Below are positions 58,404-64,000 of a DNA stretch of 64,000 nucleotides, piece after piece; the first letter of the stretch is position 1, and each line of letters opens with the position of its first letter. Location of the stretch: the NCBI GenBank assembly GCA_036506035.1, contig DASXSL010000023.1, forward strand, positions 10-64,009, written 5' to 3'. A program made the position numbers and the translations under genes. Origin of the DNA: Gemmatimonadaceae bacterium (GTDB taxonomy: Bacteria; Gemmatimonadota; Gemmatimonadetes; Gemmatimonadales; Gemmatimonadaceae). Below the pieces are notes generated by a model that was given only the letters and a program-made list of their open reading frames with translations, was not told the origin of the DNA and made no database searches.

Positions 58404-60256
58404 ACGTGTCGCTGCTGGAGCAAGCCGGGTCGATCGGGCGGTCGAATCAGTACCCCGTCACTCGCCTGGTGTACACGCTCCTCTTCATGGTCTTTGTGCT
58501 CGGCACGGCGATAATCCTGGTCCGACGCACCTCGCGCAACAGGCTCTTCTCCCAGGTCGTCACGACGCTGGGAATTTTTTTGCTCGTCATCGGCACCATT
58601 GTCTACACGGTGGCGTTCAGAGGCTTGCACTTCATTGAAATGGTTCTCAGCTGGACCGTTTCAGCGGGAGTCATCTATTGGTTCCTCGGCAGGATGCACA
58701 GGATCGCGCGTGCGGAGACCGAACTACGCCTGGCCGCCATCAAAGAGAGCGAAACGAGATTCCAATCGATCATCGAGAACGCAGCTGATCCCGTCAGCAT
58801 TGTCGACTTTGACGGGGTTCGGCGGTATGTGAGCCCCGCGGTGACACGGGTTCTCGGCTATGATCCGCAACACCTGCTCGGACGAAGCTTTCTTGAAACC
58901 GTGCATCCAGACGATATGCTCGCCGCCCACGTTCTCGTTAACGAGGTAGCACAGGAACCTGGAAACGTCGGGTCTGACGAAGTCCGGCTTCGTCACGCTG
59001 ACGGTAGCTGGCGCACGGTGCATCTGACTGCGAAAAACCTGCGGGATGTCCGAGGTGTCGAGGCGATCGTCGTGAACACTCGCGACATCACGCATCAGAA
59101 GGCGCTCGAAACCGAGCTCCGCCAGTCACAGCGAATGGAGACTGTGGGCCAGCTCGCCGGGGGAGTGGCGCACGACTTCAACAACCTGCTCACAGCGATC
59201 AACGGTCACACCGATTTTCTCGCCGATGCAGATAACCTGAATGCCAGCCAACGCGCCGACGTCGAGGAGATCAGGCGAGCCGCCCAACGCGCCGCGTCGC
59301 TGACTCGGCAACTCCTTGCGTTCAGCCGGAAGCAGGTGCTGACACCCCGCGTTATCGATCTCAATGCCGTGGTTCGGGGAATGGAGCCGATGCTGCGCCG
59401 ACTCATTGGAGAGGACATCCTCATTCAGATTATCCAGGGGGAGTCGCTCGGGCACATAACCGCCGACAGCGGGCAACTGGAACAGATCCTCCTCAATCTC
59501 TGCCTCAATTCCCGTGATGCGATGCCCGATGGCGGAGTGCTCAGGATTGAAACGGCGCCCGTCGCGCCCGACAATCCCGATGTGCCCAGTACCGGCTTCG
59601 ACTCGAGCAGCCTCGTGTTGCTGTGCGTTTCAGATACCGGACAGGGAATGGACGATCACACCAAGGAGCACATCTTCGAGCCCTTCTTCACCACCAAACC
59701 TGAGGGTAAGGGCACTGGATTAGGTCTCTCGACCGTGTATGGCATCGTGAAACAGTCCGGGGCGACGATCTCGGTTGAAAGCTCGCTTGGACGCGGCACG
59801 ACCTTTCGCATTTATTTTCCGCGCACCGAAGCAGAGCTCACTCCACCCGAGCCAAGTCCGGCCCGTCACTCGGGCTGTGAGACCCTCCTCCTCGTGGAAG
59901 ACGATCGTGCCGTGCGGGAGCTGGTCGAGAGAATTCTGAAAGAGCGCGGCTACAAGGTGATTGCCACGGCGGATGGGAAGGAGGCTCTGCACGCCTTTGT
60001 CGCAGCGCCGGATCAGGTAGATATGGTCGTCACCGACCTGATCATGCCTGGCATGAGCGGCCGGGAGCTCATCCAGGCAATCTCGCAGATTCGGCCCGAT
60101 CTCAAGGCGCTTTACGTGTCGGGATACACCGAGGATGAGATCGTCCGTCGCGGCCTCCACGATCCCCGCGTCGCGTTACTCCACAAACCTTTTACCGCAG
60201 ATGTGCTGGCCGACAAGGTGCGCTCCATTCTGGATGCGCGCCTGCCATCAGCTTGA
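58400..60256 (+). CDS. Hybrid PAS sensor histidine kinase/response regulator
   Basis: TM segments, PAS (VHPDD), AHDFNN H-box, FFTTK, GTGLGL, C-terminal receiver. Confidence 0.93.
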   Translation: MNVSLLEQAGSIGRSNQYPVTRLVYTLLFMVFVLGTAIILVRRTSRNRLFSQVVTTLGIFLLVIGTIVYTVAFRGLHFIEMVLSWTVSAGVIYWFLGRMHRIARAETELRLAAIKESETRFQSIIENAADPVSIVDFDGVRRYVSPAVTRVLGYDPQHLLGRSFLETVHPDDMLAAHVLVNEVAQEPGNVGSDEVRLRHADGSWRTVHLTAKNLRDVRGVEAIVVNTRDITHQKALETELRQSQRMETVGQLAGGVAHDFNNLLTAINGHTDFLADADNLNASQRADVEEIRRAAQRAASLTRQLLAFSRKQVLTPRVIDLNAVVRGMEPMLRRLIGEDILIQIIQGESLGHITADSGQLEQILLNLCLNSRDAMPDGGVLRIETAPVAPDNPDVPSTGFDSSSLVLLCVSDTGQGMDDHTKEHIFEPFFTTKPEGKGTGLGLSTVYGIVKQSGATISVESSLGRGTTFRIYFPRTEAELTPPEPSPARHSGCETLLLVEDDRAVRELVERILKERGYKVIATADGKEALHAFVAAPDQVDMVVTDLIMPGMSGRELIQAISQIRPDLKALYVSGYTEDEIVRRGLHDPRVALLHKPFTADVLADKVRSILDARLPSA

Positions 60257-60281
60257 CTCGCCTCAGCTACCTTTCTACATT
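60253..60281 (+). promoter_or_regulatory. Putative sigma70 promoter of the rimP operon
   Basis: TTGACT, then 17 nt, then TACATT. Confidence 0.65.
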
Positions 60282-60312
60282 GGTTAGGGCGTTCAACTCG
60301 GCGGCCAACCGG

Positions 60313-60339
60313 AATGTGGGGATACCCCCACATTTTTTT
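60313..60339 (+). promoter_or_regulatory. rimP leader terminator-like hairpin (attenuator)
   Basis: AATGTGGGG-ATAC-CCCCACATT plus a T run, between the promoter and rimP. Confidence 0.75.
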
Positions 60340-60365
60340 GTCTCTAGAAGAAACCTCGAAGCTAG

Positions 60366-60845
60366 ATGAAGGAAGCGCTGGAAACTCTTGTGGCGTCTGA
60401 GATTAAGCCACTTGGACTAGAGCTTTTCGAGCTCAAGCAGGGGGGCAGTCATGGACGGCCGGTTCTGGACGTGCGGGTCGAGCGCGAGGACGGAGAAAGG
60501 GTGACGGTCGACAATTGCGCGGCAGCATCGCGCGCGATCGAAGCCAGGCTCGATGCCGAGGACTTTGGCGGCAAAAGATATGTGTTGGAAGTGTCGTCGC
60601 CGGGGATCGAAAGACCTCTCCGGAAGGCGAAAGATTGGAAAAGATTCGTTGGCCGAACGGCGGTGGTCACCTCGAACGTACCCGGTGATCCGGCCGGCAG
60701 GCGAACGGACGAAGTGGAGATAGCCGGTGTCGAAGGTGATGCCGGGCAGGAAATCGTGATCGTGAGGAACCAGCGCGGCGATGAGCGCCGCTTTCCGCTG
60801 GCCGCGGTCGAGAAGGCAAGGCTGGCGTTTCACTGGAAAAGGTAG
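60366..60845 (+). CDS. rimP: Ribosome maturation factor RimP
   Basis: YVLEVSSPGIERPL; position before nusA. Confidence 0.95.
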   Translation: MKEALETLVASEIKPLGLELFELKQGGSHGRPVLDVRVEREDGERVTVDNCAAASRAIEARLDAEDFGGKRYVLEVSSPGIERPLRKAKDWKRFVGRTAVVTSNVPGDPAGRRTDEVEIAGVEGDAGQEIVIVRNQRGDERRFPLAAVEKARLAFHWKR

Positions 60846-60854
60846 GGTTAACAC

Positions 60855-62285
60855 ATGGCGGCTTCTGTAGAAATTCTGTCGGCGATCCGCGAGTTGACTA
60901 ACTCGAAGCAGATCGACCGCGCTGAATTGCACGGGCTTCTTGAGGACGGCATCAACGCCGCCCTCGCCAAGAAGCACGGGCCTACGGTGCAGGCTGAAGT
61001 CGATATCGACGAGAACAAGGGCCAGATTCGGATCGTCCTGCTGAAGACGGTTGTCGAAGAGGTGACCGACTCGGCCAGCCAGATCTCGCTCGAGGAGGCC
61101 CGCTACGAAGATCCCGACTTCCAGATCGGCGACCAGATGGAGATTCCAGTCGACTTCGCCGAGTTTGGCCGCACCGCTGTTCAGGCGGCCAAGCAGCGCA
61201 TCATCCAGCGCGTCCGCGAGGGCGAGCGCTCCAAGATTCGCGACGAATTTTCGAGCCGGGTTGGTGATCTGCTATCGGGTGAGGTGCAGCAGATCGAGCG
61301 CGGCAAGCTCGTCATCATGCTCAACAAGTTCCGCGAAGCGGAAGCGATCATCCCTTACCGCGAGCAGAACCACCGCGAGCACTTCCATCAGGGCGATCCC
61401 ATTCGCGCTGTTTTGAAGCGCGTCGAGGAGACCCCGAAGGGGCCGCGGCTGGTTCTCAGCAGAGCCGATGCTCTCTTCGTGAAAGCACTCTTCAAGCTCG
61501 AGGTTCCGGAAATTCAGCAGAATCTGGTGGAGATTCGCGCCAGCGCGCGCGAGGTCGGTAGCAGAACCAAGATCGCCGTATTCTCTCGCGACGATTCCGT
61601 CGATCCAGTCGGTGCCTGCGTTGGATTGAAAGGCTCGCGCGTGCAAGCGGTAGTAAACGAGCTCGGCGGCGAGCGAATCGACATCGTTCCGTGGTCCGCC
61701 GATCCTGAACGCTTCGCCAAGCTGGCCCTGGCGCCGGCGCGTGTGGCGAGAGTCTTCAGCGATCCCGCCACCAAGACGATTCAGGCAATTGTCGACGAGG
61801 ACCAGCTGTCGCTGGCGATCGGTCGCAATGGTCAGAACGTTCGCCTCGCCTCGGAACTGACTGAGTGGAAAATCGAACTTTACTCGAGTCGTGAGTGGAT
61901 GGAGCGTGGTAGCGATCAGCCGATCTTTGCCCCTCTGCCGACGGACGAGCCTGTTTCGGGTGTGAACCCGCGACTGGCCGACATCGAGGGAATGCAGCCG
62001 GCCACAGTCGCCGTGCTGGAGGAGGCGGGTTACCGCACGCTCGACGATATCATCGATCTCGAGCGCGAGGATTTCCTGCGTCTTCCGGGCATCGCGCCGG
62101 AAGAGGCTGACCGTTTAATGGCGATCATCAACGAGTTGACGACGGACGAAGTCCCGGAGAGCGGAGAAGAGGCAGTTGCCACCACTCAGGAGGACGTCCA
62201 AGCCAGCAGTGAAATGGCGTCCGAGGGCGGGAATACCGCGGCCGGAGACGTCACGCCCGATGGCGAGGGCGGAAAATCGGAGTAG
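60855..62285 (+). CDS. nusA: Transcription termination factor NusA
   Basis: FGRTAVQAAKQ, LEVPEI, DPVGACVG, AIGRNGQNVRLA. Confidence 0.98.
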   Translation: MAASVEILSAIRELTNSKQIDRAELHGLLEDGINAALAKKHGPTVQAEVDIDENKGQIRIVLLKTVVEEVTDSASQISLEEARYEDPDFQIGDQMEIPVDFAEFGRTAVQAAKQRIIQRVREGERSKIRDEFSSRVGDLLSGEVQQIERGKLVIMLNKFREAEAIIPYREQNHREHFHQGDPIRAVLKRVEETPKGPRLVLSRADALFVKALFKLEVPEIQQNLVEIRASAREVGSRTKIAVFSRDDSVDPVGACVGLKGSRVQAVVNELGGERIDIVPWSADPERFAKLALAPARVARVFSDPATKTIQAIVDEDQLSLAIGRNGQNVRLASELTEWKIELYSSREWMERGSDQPIFAPLPTDEPVSGVNPRLADIEGMQPATVAVLEEAGYRTLDDIIDLEREDFLRLPGIAPEEADRLMAIINELTTDEVPESGEEAVATTQEDVQASSEMASEGGNTAAGDVTPDGEGGKSE

Positions 62286-62290
62286 GTACG

Positions 62291-62623
62291 ATGGACGCCG
62301 TGATGCAGCGCAAACTCCTTGCACTGATTGGCCTCGGAGTTCGCGGACGTGGAGCAAGAATCGGCGTTCAGCAGGTGAGGGAAGCGGCGAGACGCGGCAA
62401 GTTACAACTGGCTATTGCGGCCCCCGACGCTTCTAGTAACAGTTTGGAGAAAGTGCTTCCTCTGCTTCGCGCTCGGGGAATCGCAGTGTTTGTGGGCCCA
62501 CCGGCAGCGGAGCTGGGTTCGGCGGCTGGACGAGAGACGGCCGCGGTAATTGGAATAGTCGATAAGGGTTTGGCCAAGGGCATTCGGGCGCTACGTCCGG
62601 AAGCCTGGGCGGATGTCCTTTAG
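62291..62623 (+). CDS. L7Ae/YlxQ family RNA-binding protein
   Basis: LLALIGL..., [11 protein letters not shown]; position between nusA and infB. Confidence 0.8.
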   Translation: MDAVMQRKLLALIGLGVRGRGARIGVQQVREAARRGKLQLAIAAPDASSNSLEKVLPLLRARGIAVFVGPPAAELGSAAGRETAAVIGIVDKGLAKGIRALRPEAWADVL

Positions 62624-62634
62624 GAGGAAGTGGT

Positions 62635-64000
62635 TTGAGCAAGCTTCGAGTACATGATCTGGCAGGTGAGTTCGGAATTTCCAGCGACGAGGTGATAAAC
62701 CTTCTTCGCCAAATGGACGTTCCGGTGCGTAGCCATCTCAGTCCACTGAGTGACGATCAGGTCGCGCGCATTCGCGCTCGTTGGGAGCGGGAGAAGCGCG
62801 CCCGGGTCGCTGCTCCGCCGACGGCGACGCGCCGTCGTCGCGGAACGGTCGCAACTACACCAGCGCCGGAACCTAAGCCCGAAGCGGCCGCATCTGCCGA
62901 GGGGTCTACCGTTCGACGTCGGCGCCGCGCCGCCGAGCCGGTCGCCGAAGCACCAGCTGTCGATACGCCGGCGCCGGAAGCAAAGGCACCGGCACCAGCC
63001 GCTGCTCCGGCCGCTCCACAGCCTGCGGTTGCGGCATCTGCCCCGCCGGAGGCTCCGGTCGTCGAGCGTGCCAAGGCACCGCCGGCTGCGCCGCCGCGTC
63101 CTGCTTCGCCTCCTCCGGCGGCCGTGCCCGAACGCGCCGATGGCCGCGAGCGTCAACGGCCGCAGCCCGTCGTACCTGGCGCTCCGCGTCCGCGTCCAAT
63201 TGCGACCGGTGCGCCATTTACACCACCGCGTCCGGTTGCATCAGCAGCGCCTGGCGCTGCCAGCGCTCCGACTCGTCGCGAAGATCGCGGCGGCACTGGC
63301 CGCGGTGAGGATCGCGGCGGCCGCCGCGGCAAGAAGGGCAAGCGCGGGGTCGATCAGGAAGCGGTGCAGGCGAATATCGGAAAGACGATGGCGACGATGC
63401 GCGGGCCGATTCGTCGCGGCGCTGCCCGTCGGGCTGAGGATGGCACTTATCGCGAAGAGCTGGCGGCCCAACGTCAGGCGGAGGCCGAGCGCGAAAAGAA
63501 GACCGTGCGCGTCAACGAGTTCATCACCGTTAGCGAGCTGGCCCAGATCCTCAAGGTACCGGCAGTCCAGATCGTCGGCTTCGCCTTCAAGAACCTGGGT
63601 TTGATGGTCACCATTAATCAGCGCCTGGATTTCGACCAGATCGAGCTGATCGCGGGCGAGTTCGGGTTCCAGGCCGTGAAGGAAGAGGAGTACGCCGCCG
63701 ATCTGAAGACGACGACCGCGCCGGAAGATACCGAGGAGCAGCTCGAGTCGCGTCCGCCCGTGGTCACTATCATGGGTCACGTCGATCACGGCAAGACTTC
63801 TTTGCTCGATTACATCCGCAAATCGAACGTCGTGGCGGGTGAATCCGGCGGGATCACTCAGCACATCGGTGCGTACAACGTTTCCTTGCCCGGTGGCAAG
63901 CACATCACTTTCCTCGATACGCCAGGGCACGAAGCATTCACGGCGATGCGCGCTCGTGGCGCACAGGTGACTGACATCGTCGTGCTCGTTGTCGCTGCCG
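62635..64000 (+). CDS. infB: Translation initiation factor IF-2 (truncated at window end)
   Basis: TTG start after AGGAGG gives [10 protein letters not shown]...; [32 protein letters not shown]. Absent from the ORF track because it has no stop in the window. Confidence 0.97.
   Translation, partial: MSKLRVHDLAGEFGISSDEVINLLRQMDVPVRSHLSPLSDDQVARIRARWEREKRARVAAPPTATRRRRGTVATTPAPEPKPEAAASAEGSTVRRRRRAAEPVAEAPAVDTPAPEAKAPAPAAAPAAPQPAVAASAPPEAPVVERAKAPPAAPPRPASPPPAAVPERADGRERQRPQPVVPGAPRPRPIATGAPFTPPRPVASAAPGAASAPTRREDRGGTGRGEDRGGRRGKKGKRGVDQEAVQANIGKTMATMRGPIRRGAARRAEDGTYREELAAQRQAEAEREKKTVRVNEFITVSELAQILKVPAVQIVGFAFKNLGLMVTINQRLDFDQIELIAGEFGFQAVKEEEYAADLKTTTAPEDTEEQLESRPPVVTIMGHVDHGKTSLLDYIRKSNVVAGESGGITQHIGAYNVSLPGGKHITFLDTPGHEAFTAMRARGAQVTDIVVLVVAA

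Noticed and set aside
62750-63930. ORFs listed over the infB region
   Set aside because: They are alternative-frame or antisense shadows of the Pro/Ala-rich IF-2 N-terminus.

Overview
A GC-rich, gene-dense stretch of bacterial chromosome, mostly core genome. Gene content and order suggest Gemmatimonadota (inference, no search run). It holds pyrR-pyrB-pyrC, rpsT, and a ~14 kb same-strand block with near-continuous stop/start overlaps (site-2 protease, scpAB, rluB, MoxR/DUF58/Bat-type VWA genes, mutL, miaA, bshA, uppP, birA, coaX). It also holds CIRCE-controlled groESL, a hom-metX-metB operon, an L,D-transpeptidase, a roadblock/receiver/nucleotide-sugar operon, serS-HK-uvrD-gatCAB, murA-pgeF and rimP-nusA-L7Ae-infB (truncated). 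I saw no tRNA, rRNA, CRISPR array, IS or prophage. The most notable signals are non-coding or missed by the ORF track. (1) A c-di-GMP-I (GEMM) family riboswitch has C at the ligand-specificity position 20 and overlaps the RBS of a peptidoglycan peptidase. (2) A SAM-II-type riboswitch has a readable terminator/antiterminator platform before the met operon. (3) birA and coaX, and possibly a VPS10-type gene, lack canonical start codons. (4) There is a 28-aa membrane microprotein. (5) MurA carries Asp in place of the fosfomycin-target Cys.
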